A stretch of 47,803 nt of DNA from an uncultured Sulfurovum sp. (GTDB taxonomy: Bacteria > Campylobacterota > Campylobacteria > Campylobacterales > Sulfurovaceae). This document shows positions 19,352-29,936 of this stretch, in pieces (position 1 is the stretch's first letter; every line of letters starts with the position of its first letter). The stretch spans positions 1 through 47,803 of the forward strand of contig CAZROY010000122.1 in assembly GCA_964601885.1 (NCBI GenBank), in the 5' to 3' direction. A program made the position numbers and the translations under genes. A model generated the notes under the pieces. It searched no databases, had not been told where the DNA came from, and saw only the letters and a program-made list of their open reading frames with translations.

Positions 19352-20888
19352 CTTTTAGCTTTCGGTATCCTAAATCTTTTAAGGATAACTTTTTATCTTT
19401 GGTAATAATGTGAGGTGTAATAACCAATACCAACTCCTCTACACTATTAATATCAACCTCTCTTTTAAAAATGGTATCAAGAAGAGGTAAATCTCCTAGA
19501 AGAGGAACTTTAGATACCTTTGTTCCTCTTTTTGCGGAGATTAATCCACCAAGAATTACATGTTCTCCATCTTGCATAGTTACAACAGAAGAGATTTGTT
19601 TTCTTGATAAGTCTGGTGGAATATTTCTTGAGCCTGTATTATCTCTCTGTACAGCATCTAATGTGTCAGAAATTGATGGATTAATCTTTAAGGTAATTGT
19701 TCCATCTTCTGAAATTTCTGGTGTAATATCAAGAAGTATTCCTGCAAAAACAGAATCTATTATCTCTCCACTTGTTGAAGTTCCAGCTCCATTACTCCCT
19801 TGTAAAACAGATTGAGACTGTATTTTATAAAATAACTCATTTCCAACAGATATTAAGGCTGGTTGATTATTTAGAGTTAACACTTTTGGATTGGAGATAG
19901 ATTTCACATCCCCTTGTGTTTTTAAGAATTTAATTATATCATTCATCTTAACAGAACTTGTTGCAACTATAGCTCTAGCATTGGGGAGTCCTCCCTCTCC
20001 TAAAGTACCACCTTTAATGCTATTTGCTCCTCCTGCATCTTGAGTCCAATCAACACCTGTTAGATTTTTCTTTGCCATAGAGAATGTGGCAACAGCCATA
20101 TTTTGTAAACTATAAAGTTGTGACCAATCAACACCTGTAGTGGAGCTATCATCAAATGATACACTTAAGATGCTAACATCTATAAGAACCTGATTTTTTA
20201 ACTGTTTTGCAACCTCATCAATATAATCAGAAACCCTTTTTAACTGTTGAGGTGTACCTGTTACTGTAATCATTCCAGCTTCTGCATTTACTATCGGTTC
20301 TGGTGCCTCATAATTGTCCTCTGGACGGTTGATTAAACTGTGTAACTCTTTGGCTATTGTTGTCCAAAATTTAAAATCATCATTACTCTCAATAGATACA
20401 CCTGTTTTAGAACCACTTGAGCCTTTTTCTGAATTTCCACTCTTTCCTCCTGTATTCCCACTGCCACTACCATTGCTATTATTTGCAATAGTTATATGTG
20501 CATTACTCTTACCGGTTCTATCGCCCGATATATAGTCCAATCTAAAAGTTTTTGTACGCAGATAGGAGATTTTTAATTTATTTCCATCTAGCTCATACCC
20601 TATATTATTTTCAGTCAATATTACATCTAAAAACTCATCTAGTGAGGCATTTTGTAGATTTACAAAATATAGATGCTCTTGAAGTCGTCTTTTTGCCTCT
20701 TTATCTTTTACAATGATTGTTAATTCACACTCATCTGCAATATTTTCAATAACATCACTATATGTTAATGAGCTATTTAGTGTTGCTGTAAACATTTGAG
20801 TAGAACAATTTTTAGCATATAGTTTAATTAATCCTAAATTTAAAAATAGAGATAGTAATAATATTATACTTTTTTTAAAAAATCTCAT
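19338..20888 (-). CDS. mshL: Secretin, MshL/CtsD type
   Basis: Secretin_N_2 Ser/Gly-rich insert, ISNPKVLTLNNQPALISVG, KVPLLGDLP and ELVLVITPHI. Confidence 0.9.
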   Translation of the reverse strand: MRFFKKSIILLLSLFLNLGLIKLYAKNCSTQMFTATLNSSLTYSDVIENIADECELTIIVKDKEAKRRLQEHLYFVNLQNASLDEFLDVILTENNIGYELDGNKLKISYLRTKTFRLDYISGDRTGKSNAHITIANNSNGSGSGNTGGKSGNSEKGSSGSKTGVSIESNDDFKFWTTIAKELHSLINRPEDNYEAPEPIVNAEAGMITVTGTPQQLKRVSDYIDEVAKQLKNQVLIDVSILSVSFDDSSTTGVDWSQLYSLQNMAVATFSMAKKNLTGVDWTQDAGGANSIKGGTLGEGGLPNARAIVATSSVKMNDIIKFLKTQGDVKSISNPKVLTLNNQPALISVGNELFYKIQSQSVLQGSNGAGTSTSGEIIDSVFAGILLDITPEISEDGTITLKINPSISDTLDAVQRDNTGSRNIPPDLSRKQISSVVTMQDGEHVILGGLISAKRGTKVSKVPLLGDLPLLDTIFKREVDINSVEELVLVITPHIITKDKKLSLKDLGYRKLKDETK

Positions 20889-20889
20889 T

Positions 20890-21309
20890 TTAATTTCCTT
20901 TGAATATTTTAAATTTTTTCTCTCTTCTTTTTATAACAATCTTTTTTATCTCTTCTCTATTTTTTAATATAACAGTTCTAGCTCCTATACTATGTACTAT
21001 AAATGAGTCCAATTTGTCTCCAACACGATACCACTTTTTATTGATAAATGCTCTATGGTTTAATATAGCGGTCAACTCATAAGAGATTTTGGGTGTAACC
21101 TCTTTGGGTTTTTTGATTTTAACCTCTTTTGGAGATTTAATCACCTCTTTTACTATTGCAAATGGATTTGGAGTTGTATCTAAGATATTTACTCCTATTC
21201 CACCTCTCTCCTCTTTTATCTTGTCAACCATAACTGTTATCTCTTTATTGCTCAAAGAGGTTGAGAGTAGATATATTGGTAAAATTGTTATAGCAACTAT
21301 TCGTTTCAT
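20890..21309 (-). CDS. Pilus accessory protein (PilP/MshK/CtsR-like)
   Basis: NPF motif and LTAILNHRAFINKKWYRVGD beta domain; immediately upstream of the secretin. Confidence 0.65.
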   Translation of the reverse strand: MKRIVAITILPIYLLSTSLSNKEITVMVDKIKEERGGIGVNILDTTPNPFAIVKEVIKSPKEVKIKKPKEVTPKISYELTAILNHRAFINKKWYRVGDKLDSFIVHSIGARTVILKNREEIKKIVIKRREKKFKIFKGN

Positions 21310-21953
21310 TAGTGATTAATCCCCCATACAGAAATATTAATATCAGCAACGGTGGTGGTTTTATTCTCATCTAATCTTATATCACTCTGATATATATCTG
21401 TTACTAAGATATTTTTCTCTAATCTATTCATAAATTTAGCTATGCTTTTATACTCACCAAGACACCCCACAGATATTTCTAAAACATGTCCAAAACTACC
21501 ATTACTATCAATATATTTGTTATCAATATAGTCTATTTTTACCTTCTGTTTTTTCGCCTCTGCTGTTATACTATTTAGAAAAATAGACCAACTTTCTTTA
21601 TTAAAAAGTAGTGGAGATAGCTCTTCTAATTTAGCTGATATAAAGTTAATATCTTGGTTTACTTTTCTAATATTTTTCTCTAGTTTTAATATATCATTAT
21701 CATATTTTTTAATATAATAGTCTCTATCTCCATTAACGGTAATACTACTAATATACTGCTTATTTGTCCTAATACTTTTATCTAATCTCCTCTTCTCTTT
21801 TAATGAGTGGTCATATTTCTCCTCTGCATAGGGTAAAAATAGTGTATATGATAAATAACCAATAATGATAGTTAACATCATAATAATCATCCACTTCTCA
21901 TTTTCACTTTTATCTTTAAAAAAGTTATCTAAACTGTGTAATATGCTATTCAT
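21309..21953 (-). CDS. PilO/MshJ-like alignment protein
   Basis: N-terminal TM, coiled coil and C-terminal GEYKSIAKFMNRLE ferredoxin-like domain. Confidence 0.7.
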   Translation of the reverse strand: MNSILHSLDNFFKDKSENEKWMIIMMLTIIIGYLSYTLFLPYAEEKYDHSLKEKRRLDKSIRTNKQYISSITVNGDRDYYIKKYDNDILKLEKNIRKVNQDINFISAKLEELSPLLFNKESWSIFLNSITAEAKKQKVKIDYIDNKYIDSNGSFGHVLEISVGCLGEYKSIAKFMNRLEKNILVTDIYQSDIRLDENKTTTVADINISVWGINH

Positions 21954-23488
21954 TATATAAAACCTACTTCCAAAATACCTCTATATAGTAAATCATCTTC
22001 GGTTAAAGAGATTCTTTTTATATCAATCTGTTTTATTGTATTGAAATACTTTTTTGAGATATATTTAATATATTTTGTTATTTTTTTATCGTCATCACTA
22101 ACAACAAAAAGGGTGAAATTATCTTCATTACTCTTCATCTCCTCTAGTTGTACCCCATACTCAATAAGGTCTCTAGCAAAAATATTTAAAAAATTTGATT
22201 TTAGATTATAATTTACCTTTTTATTGTGAATATAGCTTAGAGTTTTAGCTTTTCCTTCAAAAATAGCTTTTAACTCTTGTAACTCTTTTTTATTTTGATT
22301 TATAACATCTCTTTTATCATTTAATATCTTTTTATATTTGGCAGTTATTGCACTAAGAGATTTATTTTCACTATCTAGCTTTAGATTATATACATCAGTA
22401 CTATATGCTACAAATAGATAATATAGAGGCCAACCAAGTGCTAAGAGAGAGGAGACGACTGTACTAATAATAAACTGCCCACTAGCTCTTTTTGCAAATA
22501 CAGGTGGTCTAGGGGTGGTAGTTAAATTAACGATTTTGGTTGGATTTTGAATATAATCAAGTCCAGCTTGAACCATCATATACTGCATTTGGTCAACATA
22601 CCACTCATCATTTTTTATATTAAAATTGAAATCCAAATTGAATGTAGGAATGCCTAAATAGTTATATCCATAGTCACCCAAGCCTATAATAGGACTCTTA
22701 ATTGAGCCTAAAAATAGTCTCTGAATAGTATCAATTCCATAAGCCCTTTTACTATAGATGATAATATCATTTATCTGTAGAAATATCTCACTAAAAAGCT
22801 TCATAAGATTTTGTTGGTATGATGAGTCTGTAGCTTTTAAACCTTCTGCCTCTAAAGTCTCAAAAAACTCTTTTTCATCAACCTTTTCACCAATCATTGC
22901 ACAATATTTATCATATATTTGAGATAGTGAAAATTCCAAAGATTTAGAATATAAAAACTCTCCATCATTATATATAGTAATAAAAGCATCACTCATTGTA
23001 AAATATATAAAGCAGTGTGCCTCATTTGGCTCTAAGGTACCACTTGTATATAGAGTTTTATATAAAAGAGGAGCAGGTAGTAGAAGGTCTATATAGGTGG
23101 TCTTTTCCAAAATAGGAGCTACTCTCTCATCTACACTATCTGGCTCTGTAATAAAAAGATTATATACTCCATTACCATCATCTAAAGATGCTTTTTGATG
23201 AGTAATAGTATATTCTTTTTCTGGGTCAAGTCCCAACTCATCATAAGCTTTCATATAGATTATATCATCAAGTTCAGCCTCATCAATATTATATCCAAGG
23301 TCAAAAGATGCAATTATCATATCTCGATTTTGAATATAAGATATAACAAAATTTTTGTTATCCAATGATAATTTATCTAAAGGTTTTAGTGTTTGATTTT
23401 TATACTCATAACTCTTTTGAAAATAGTTATCAACTGTTATAATTTTTTTAAATTTTTTTATTCTAGGGTCTATAATTTCTTTTGACAT
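21953..23488 (-). CDS. PilM-PilN-like (MshI/GspL-like) fusion protein
   Basis: Cytoplasmic actin-like N-terminal region, single TM, coiled coil and PilN-like C-terminus; first gene of the operon. Confidence 0.6.
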   Translation of the reverse strand: MSKEIIDPRIKKFKKIITVDNYFQKSYEYKNQTLKPLDKLSLDNKNFVISYIQNRDMIIASFDLGYNIDEAELDDIIYMKAYDELGLDPEKEYTITHQKASLDDGNGVYNLFITEPDSVDERVAPILEKTTYIDLLLPAPLLYKTLYTSGTLEPNEAHCFIYFTMSDAFITIYNDGEFLYSKSLEFSLSQIYDKYCAMIGEKVDEKEFFETLEAEGLKATDSSYQQNLMKLFSEIFLQINDIIIYSKRAYGIDTIQRLFLGSIKSPIIGLGDYGYNYLGIPTFNLDFNFNIKNDEWYVDQMQYMMVQAGLDYIQNPTKIVNLTTTPRPPVFAKRASGQFIISTVVSSLLALGWPLYYLFVAYSTDVYNLKLDSENKSLSAITAKYKKILNDKRDVINQNKKELQELKAIFEGKAKTLSYIHNKKVNYNLKSNFLNIFARDLIEYGVQLEEMKSNEDNFTLFVVSDDDKKITKYIKYISKKYFNTIKQIDIKRISLTEDDLLYRGILEVGFI

Positions 23489-23709
23489 AATTGTTTAATA
23501 TACCGTCCCTTATAATATTACGAATATCTATTATATTAATAATCGGATTAATTTTTGCTTGTAAGTTTAATTTAAGGAGTATTATTCTTAAAAAAGTATA
23601 ATAAAACAAACAGACAATGTTGTATTAAAATATTTTTTAAGATTTAACAACTTTTCTTAGAAATCCAAAAGGCCTTTTTTAAGCGGTTTATGGGTATTAA
23701 AATGGAAGT

Positions 23710-24504
23710 TTATTTTCCATATTTCAAACTCTTAACAGCCTCTACTATATTATTTTGACGCATAAAATGTTCACCAATTAAAAAGGCATCAGCACCAACC
23801 TTAGCCAACTCTTTGACCATCTCATGTGTTGTAATTCCACTCTCAGCTACAATAATTTTATTATTTGGAATAAGTGGTATTAACTTCTGAGTTAAGCTCA
23901 TATCCATCTCAAAGGTCTCTAAGTTTCTGTGATTTATTCCAATAATATTAGTACCTGCAAAAATGGCTTTAATAAGGTCTGTTTTATCATGAATTTCAAC
24001 TAAAGTCTCTAATCCTAAATGGTGTGAATATTGGACTAACTCTTTTAACTCTTTTCTTGATAAAGCTTTAGCAATAAGAAGTACAAAGTCTGCTCCATAA
24101 GCCAAAGCCTCTACAAGTTGATATTTATCTATTATAAAATCTTTTCTTAAAATGGGAATAGATGTGTATCTTCTAACATTTCCTAAATACTCCTTATCAC
24201 CTTGAAAAAAGTGAGGCTCTGTTAATATAGATAGAGCGTCTGCACCACCCTTTTCATAATCTTGACCAATTACTATTGGGTCAAAATTTTCTCGTATAAT
24301 ACCTTTACTAGGACTTGCTTTTTTTATCTCTGCTATAATTTTATATCTATTCTCTTCTGTTGATTTCAATGCTCCAATTACATCTTTTGGGGTAAATGGA
24401 TTATATGCCAATGAGCGACCCAGCCACTCTACAGGATAATCAACTTTTCTTTTCTCTAAATCTTCTTTTGTCTTTTTTATAATTTCATCTAGTATTTTTG
24501 CCAA
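23710..24504 (-). CDS. trpC: Indole-3-glycerol phosphate synthase
   Basis: [26 protein letters not shown] and VAESGI. Confidence 0.96.
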   Translation of the reverse strand: MAKILDEIIKKTKEDLEKRKVDYPVEWLGRSLAYNPFTPKDVIGALKSTEENRYKIIAEIKKASPSKGIIRENFDPIVIGQDYEKGGADALSILTEPHFFQGDKEYLGNVRRYTSIPILRKDFIIDKYQLVEALAYGADFVLLIAKALSRKELKELVQYSHHLGLETLVEIHDKTDLIKAIFAGTNIIGINHRNLETFEMDMSLTQKLIPLIPNNKIIVAESGITTHEMVKELAKVGADAFLIGEHFMRQNNIVEAVKSLKYGK

Positions 24505-24516
24505 AATCTCTCCCTT

Positions 24517-25854
24517 CTATTTTACTTGATTACACTCTTTAATCGCATTCCAATGTTGAGCAATATCCTCTTCATCTAATCCTTCCATATCAACAACCTT
24601 TTTCATCTCTTTGTATGCCTCTTTACAGTTGTGAAGTTTATAGTATCCCCATGCTAAAGAGTCCAGATAATAACTGTTATTAGGTTGTGCTTTTAGTGCA
24701 TCTTTTACAATCTCTATACCTTTCTTAACATCAATATCTTTATCTATTAAAGTATATCCATAATAATTAAGATATACACTATCTGTTACACCTTCACTGA
24801 GAGCCTTTTCAAACTTATTAACCACTCTATTTAACATATCTTTATCATACTTATCTCTACTTTTCTCATACAGAGCCATAGCAGATTCTGCTAACCATCT
24901 AGGGGTTTGCTCTTTAAAATAGAGTTTCTCAGCAATAATTAAAGCATTATCGTAATCTTGTTTTGCTAAAAAGACCTCATAGAGTAATTCATCATTACTA
25001 TACTCTTGTTGTAAAAAATCAATTGCCTTATTAAACTCTTTTAGATATATATAAGCTTCAACTAACTTTACACCATAAATCTCTTTAGCTGTTTTTCGAT
25101 ATAAATCTCTATATAAACCTATTAAAGCAGTTACATTCTGCTCTTTGGAATAAATTTCTAAAAGTTGACCACAAATCTTTTCACTACATTGGTGTATAGC
25201 TCTATGTTTTTCCAAACGATTTCTTGCTTCCGCCACATCTCCTATATAGTTTGCTAAAAGTACAGTTATTTTTGTGAGAATATCCTCATTATAAGTCTTA
25301 TTATATGCTACAGTTAGTAAATCCACCGCTTTATCATAATCACCAGATAATATATATGGACTAGCTGAAAGTTCATAATCTATAGCTTTACCAGATTGTA
25401 AAACAATCTCTGCTCCTATCTTTTTAGCTTTTTCATTATTTCTCTGATTTATATAAAAAGATATAAGAAGTCTTTTTAGTTGAATATTTGATGGATTTTG
25501 TGCAACCAACTCTTCAAGTTTTGGAACATTCTCTGATATTATTCCTCCATATAGTGCAGTTGTTAACTCTCTAAATAGATACTCAATACCACCCGTTTTT
25601 TTATAAAGAATATTATAAAAATAGTTACTTTTTTTATAATAACCGTGCATTTCATACCAAATTCCTTGAATTATTAAATCATTTTCATTAGTTATTCTTT
25701 TCTCTTTTACAGGGTTTGTAAAATGTTTGGGATTATAAGTAGCTAAATCACTTTGTGAAACTGTTGTAATATTTGGCGAATAACTACAGCCATTTAGTAT
25801 TAGTAAAAGAAAAGATAGAAATATTAATATTGTTAATCTCGTATTCCTAGACAT
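24517..25854 (-). CDS. TPR lipoprotein
   Basis: Lipobox LNGC; TPRs with YLNYYGYTLID and YYLDSLAWGYY. Confidence 0.8.
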   Translation of the reverse strand: MSRNTRLTILIFLSFLLLILNGCSYSPNITTVSQSDLATYNPKHFTNPVKEKRITNENDLIIQGIWYEMHGYYKKSNYFYNILYKKTGGIEYLFRELTTALYGGIISENVPKLEELVAQNPSNIQLKRLLISFYINQRNNEKAKKIGAEIVLQSGKAIDYELSASPYILSGDYDKAVDLLTVAYNKTYNEDILTKITVLLANYIGDVAEARNRLEKHRAIHQCSEKICGQLLEIYSKEQNVTALIGLYRDLYRKTAKEIYGVKLVEAYIYLKEFNKAIDFLQQEYSNDELLYEVFLAKQDYDNALIIAEKLYFKEQTPRWLAESAMALYEKSRDKYDKDMLNRVVNKFEKALSEGVTDSVYLNYYGYTLIDKDIDVKKGIEIVKDALKAQPNNSYYLDSLAWGYYKLHNCKEAYKEMKKVVDMEGLDEEDIAQHWNAIKECNQVK

Positions 25855-26222
25855 TCTTTTTTTACCTCCTCTTTGTCATTTTTAAATATTTCCCAAAATG
25901 GAAATGTACGACACTGTAAAGGTCTTACAGGGTATATTTTACACTGTTTTGTTATATTATCAAAAAATATACAAGCATAATTATCTGTATCTATTTTTCT
26001 CTCAATAAGTGAATAACGATGTTTGACCTTCCTAAGATAGATTGTAGCAAATTCTTCTATAGTTAATTCTAAAAAATTTGCCATTTTCTCTATCTCTTGA
26101 TATTTTGCCCAAATATAACCACTTTCACCAGTACAACATGCACCACCACAATTTGCACAATCTGATGGTTTGAACCTATAATCATACCCCTCTTTACTAA
26201 CTAAATCACTATCTTCAAACAC
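25833..26222 (-). CDS. YkgJ family cysteine-cluster protein
   Basis: CxxCGGACC and C-x-IYPVRPLQCRTFPFW. Confidence 0.9.
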   Translation of the reverse strand: MFEDSDLVSKEGYDYRFKPSDCANCGGACCTGESGYIWAKYQEIEKMANFLELTIEEFATIYLRKVKHRYSLIERKIDTDNYACIFFDNITKQCKIYPVRPLQCRTFPFWEIFKNDKEEVKKECLGIRD

Positions 26223-26921
26223 TTATATATCTCCTTTAATACTGTGAGTTGATGCTTTAATAAATGCTTCTTTAGCCTCATCTGAGTAGTCACTATCTCT
26301 ATTAAATACAATTAATGGAGGTAGTATTTTCATCATAGATTTTGAGTTAGTCCTAGCCATTATCATTACTAATTTTGAATTTCTATCGGCTTTAGAGTGG
26401 AGAAAACGCAACACTTCAGGTTTTATTTTATATTTGATTAATTGATATAATAATTCATCAACCTGTTTTGCATCATAACAAAATATAAATTTACCTCTTG
26501 GTTTTAAAAGAGATTTTACTTTTTTTATAAATTTATCAATTGGTAAATGGTGTGCATATCTTGCTATATTTAATGATTCTTCTCTGCTCTGTATAACATT
26601 GCTACTATAAAAAGGGGGATTTGAGACTATAAAATCGAACCTCTTTTCTGTATCAAAGTCTAAAAAATCACCCAAATAACTATCTACTTTTAATCTATTT
26701 AAAGCATAATTTCGTTTTGCATATTGTAACATATTTTTCTGTTTATCTATAATAGTTGTTTCTATATTAAAATCTCTAGTAAGCAAAAGAGAGATAATTC
26801 CAACTCCACAACCTACATCTAAGAGTTCTCCTTTTGGTTTAAATTTGCTAATAAAACTGTATAAAAATATAGAATCACTATTATATGAGTAACCTTTAGT
26901 TGACTGATAGATAAACACCAA
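26223..26921 (-). CDS. tRNA1(Val) A37 N6-methyltransferase family
   Basis: YQ..GYSYNSDS, LLDVGCGVG, VSNPPFY and IARY. Likely start is the TTG at 26921, after AAGGA. Confidence 0.85.
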   Translation of the reverse strand: MVFIYQSTKGYSYNSDSIFLYSFISKFKPKGELLDVGCGVGIISLLLTRDFNIETTIIDKQKNMLQYAKRNYALNRLKVDSYLGDFLDFDTEKRFDFIVSNPPFYSSNVIQSREESLNIARYAHHLPIDKFIKKVKSLLKPRGKFIFCYDAKQVDELLYQLIKYKIKPEVLRFLHSKADRNSKLVMIMARTNSKSMMKILPPLIVFNRDSDYSDEAKEAFIKASTHSIKGDI

Positions 26922-27044
26922 ATAATCCTTATTTTCAAAACAACAATATAACACAATTTGACTACTGATTGGCTGATAAAATTTTTTCTTATATTTTCAA
27001 AATATTTTACTAAAAATTGATATTTTTACGATAAAATTTCTTTT

Positions 27045-27803
27045 ATGAATAATACAGTTTTTACCGATGAAGAACCACTATCAACAGATTTTTGTATGCT
27101 AGATTATGAGTGTGCCTATCTCCAAGACAGAATGGTTCGCATGAATTATAAATATATTGAAGAGGCGACAAAAAAATATAATACAGCATTAATTCATCGT
27201 GGATGGCGTCGTTTTGGTTGTTACTATTTTCATCCGATTTGTAATGGGTGCAATGAGTGTAAATCTATTCGTATTGATGTTGATAATTTTAAATTAACCA
27301 AATCTCAGAAAAAATCAATTAAGCGAAATAGGGATACAGAGATAATTATACAAAAACCAAGTTTAACTCAGGCACATATTGACCTATATAATAAATATCA
27401 TAATTTTAAAAACAAAAAAGATAAATGGTCACATAGAAATATATCTCCAAGAGAGTATAGAGAGAATTTTGTAGAAGGAGCACATGATTTTGGAAAAGAG
27501 GTACTATATCTAAAGGATAATAAAGTTATTGGTATTGATTTAATTGATATTCTTGATAATGGTATTTCCGCTATATATTTTTACTATGACCCAGACTATG
27601 CAAAACTCTCACTTGGAACATACTCTCTATTATATCAGATAGAGTTGGCAAGGGTATTAGGGCTATCATGGATATATTTGGGATATTGGGTAGATGGGTG
27701 TAAAGCCTTTGCTTATAAACCGAAATTTCAACCTCAAGAGATATTAGATGGGTTTCCACAAGTAGATAAAATAGCAAATTGGCAACCATTTTCGACTATG
27801 TAA
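27045..27803 (+). CDS. Arginyl-tRNA-protein transferase family (ATE/Bpt Asp/Glu leucyltransferase)
   Basis: CAYL, GWRRFG..F.P.C..C..C, SAIYFYYDPD, SLGTYSLL and YLGYWV. Confidence 0.9.
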   Translation: MNNTVFTDEEPLSTDFCMLDYECAYLQDRMVRMNYKYIEEATKKYNTALIHRGWRRFGCYYFHPICNGCNECKSIRIDVDNFKLTKSQKKSIKRNRDTEIIIQKPSLTQAHIDLYNKYHNFKNKKDKWSHRNISPREYRENFVEGAHDFGKEVLYLKDNKVIGIDLIDILDNGISAIYFYYDPDYAKLSLGTYSLLYQIELARVLGLSWIYLGYWVDGCKAFAYKPKFQPQEILDGFPQVDKIANWQPFSTM

Positions 27804-27807
27804 AATA

Positions 27808-27836
27808 AAAGCCTCTTATAAATTTTAAGAGGCTTT
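27808..27836. terminator. Bidirectional terminator between the ATE-family gene and mrp
   Basis: AAAGCCTCTTA-N7-TAAGAGGCTTT. Confidence 0.75.
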
Positions 27837-27854
27837 AAGTGTCATTTTTTTCTA

Positions 27855-28967
27855 CTACATGCTACAAGCACTAACACCCGGTGGTGTTGTTGGTTGAATT
27901 GCTTGATTGTCTGCTCTACCCTCATTAATAGTTTTATCTATAAATTCTAAAAGGTTACTAGATGCACTTTGGTATCTTTTTGCTGTTTGGCTATCTGGTT
28001 TATGATATGTTATAGGCATTCCTGTATCTCCTCCGACTCTAATAGCAGGTTCAATTGGAATTCTAGCGATAATATTTGTGTCGTACTCTTTAGCTATAGC
28101 TTCTGTTGTTCCCATTCCAAAAATGTCAGACTCTGTATTACACTCTGGACAGATAAATCCACTCATATTCTCAACAATTCCAGCAGTTGGGATATGGAGT
28201 TTTTTGAACATATCTAAACTTCTTTTACTATCATCAAGACTAACCTCTTGAGGAGTTGTAACTGTAATTCCAGCAGTTACAGGAACAGATTGTGCAAGAG
28301 TTAACTGTGCATCTCCTGTACCCGGGGGCATATCAATTATAAGTACATCTAATTCACTCCATAAAATGTCTCTTAAGAACTGCTCAATAGCTTTCATAAT
28401 CATCGCACCTCTCCATATAAGAGATTGACCCTCTTCCATTAATGAACCCATTGACATAACCTCAACACCGTAAGCTTTAAGAGGAAGTACCTTATTACCC
28501 TGAACCTCAGGTTTTTGGTCTGCTATACCCATCATTCTAGGAATGTTTGGTCCATAAATGTCTGCATCAAGAAGTCCAACCTTTTTACCTTGCATTGCCA
28601 TAGCTACAGCTAAATTAACAGAAGTTGTTGATTTTCCAACTCCTCCTTTGCCTGAACTTACCATTACAAAACTTTTAACATGAGGAGCAATATTTTTACC
28701 ACTCACAGAGTTGCTCATCTGTTTTGGAGGTTTGGGTGCTAGAATGTGTACCTCTATATTAGAAAATCCAAGTTTTTTAAGCTCTTTTGTTGCATCATCT
28801 CTAATTTGTGCTTTAACTTCATCTGCCGAAGAGGTAATATCAACAACTACTGCCACTTTATCATTATCTATTTCTACATTTTTGACAAATCCAAAGGTTA
28901 CAATATCTTTTGTAAATCCGGGATAAGTCACATTTTTCAATGCTTCTAAGACATTTTCATTTGTCAT
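27855..28967 (-). CDS. mrp: Mrp/ApbC Fe-S cluster carrier ATPase
   Basis: N-terminal DUF59 domain, SGKGGVGKST, DADIYGP, DMPPGTGD and ENMSGFICPEC. Confidence 0.95.
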   Translation of the reverse strand: MTNENVLEALKNVTYPGFTKDIVTFGFVKNVEIDNDKVAVVVDITSSADEVKAQIRDDATKELKKLGFSNIEVHILAPKPPKQMSNSVSGKNIAPHVKSFVMVSSGKGGVGKSTTSVNLAVAMAMQGKKVGLLDADIYGPNIPRMMGIADQKPEVQGNKVLPLKAYGVEVMSMGSLMEEGQSLIWRGAMIMKAIEQFLRDILWSELDVLIIDMPPGTGDAQLTLAQSVPVTAGITVTTPQEVSLDDSKRSLDMFKKLHIPTAGIVENMSGFICPECNTESDIFGMGTTEAIAKEYDTNIIARIPIEPAIRVGGDTGMPITYHKPDSQTAKRYQSASSNLLEFIDKTINEGRADNQAIQPTTPPGVSACSM

Positions 28968-29144
28968 TAAAACTCCTATATCTGTTTTTTTATACTTTTA
29001 TACTTTATTATCTAAGAGTAAGCTTATCTGATTAGATTTTTATTCTATTTTTTCTCAATTTAGGACTTATTGCTCACAAAAATGAATTAGAGCAATTTAT
29101 AATATAATAATTGACGATGTTAAATGAGCCTATAATCAATAAAA

Positions 29145-29927
29145 TTAGATAAGATGAACTAATCCATTTTCGATTTTAATTAATCCCTCGAGTTCAGCTT
29201 CATACACTCTATCTTGAAACTTAGCTACTACCTCATCTAATGTTGGTGATGTTTGACAAAAGTAGAAAAATTCGTCTTTTTTTATATCATTATTTTTTGG
29301 AACAACCCCATAACTATTTGCAAATTTTTCAATATCATATATTGGTGTTACTAAACCATTTTCTATTAATTTATTTGTACCTATACTCTCATTTAATCTA
29401 TGTGGCAATACAAAAACCTTTTTACCCATCTTTAAAGCAAACTCTATTGAGCGAATAGAGCCACTATCTTCATCTGCTTCTGTGACAATTAAAACACTAC
29501 CTAAAGCCACAACCAACTCATTTCTGACGACAAAACTCCAAGGTGTAGCTTTAAAACCTATAGGAAATTGGCTTAAAAGTAATCCATTATCTTCTATATC
29601 TTTTATTAGAAAACGGTTTACTGCAGGATAACGAATATCTAATCCATTTGCTACAACTGCTATAGTATTTTTAACTCCTGCTCCATTGTGAGCTATAGCA
29701 TCAACTCCCATAGCTACACCACTTACAATAATAACACCTCTATCAGCTAAAGTTTTAGCTAAGGTGTATGTATATTGTTTTGTATAGCTAGACGGTCTTC
29801 TTGTCCCAACTATAGATACTTTTGGTCTTTTTAAAAGAGTTTTATCCCCAATACTATATAACTCTTTAGGGTATTTTTTCATACTATCCAGCTCGTTTAT
29901 ATGTTCCATATATTTTTCTATCACCAT
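29145..29927 (-). CDS. dprA: DNA-processing protein DprA
   Basis: VSIVGTR, VSGVAMGVDAIAH, FVVRNELV and EADEDSGS. Confidence 0.93.
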   Translation of the reverse strand: MVIEKYMEHINELDSMKKYPKELYSIGDKTLLKRPKVSIVGTRRPSSYTKQYTYTLAKTLADRGVIIVSGVAMGVDAIAHNGAGVKNTIAVVANGLDIRYPAVNRFLIKDIEDNGLLLSQFPIGFKATPWSFVVRNELVVALGSVLIVTEADEDSGSIRSIEFALKMGKKVFVLPHRLNESIGTNKLIENGLVTPIYDIEKFANSYGVVPKNNDIKKDEFFYFCQTSPTLDEVVAKFQDRVYEAELEGLIKIENGLVHLI

Positions 29928-29936
29928 ATCCCCTTT

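Noticed and set aside
29069-29097. ATTGCTC-N15-GAGCAAT inverted repeat between dprA and mrp
   Set aside because: Weak AT-rich stem with a long loop; terminator, operator and chance cannot be told apart.
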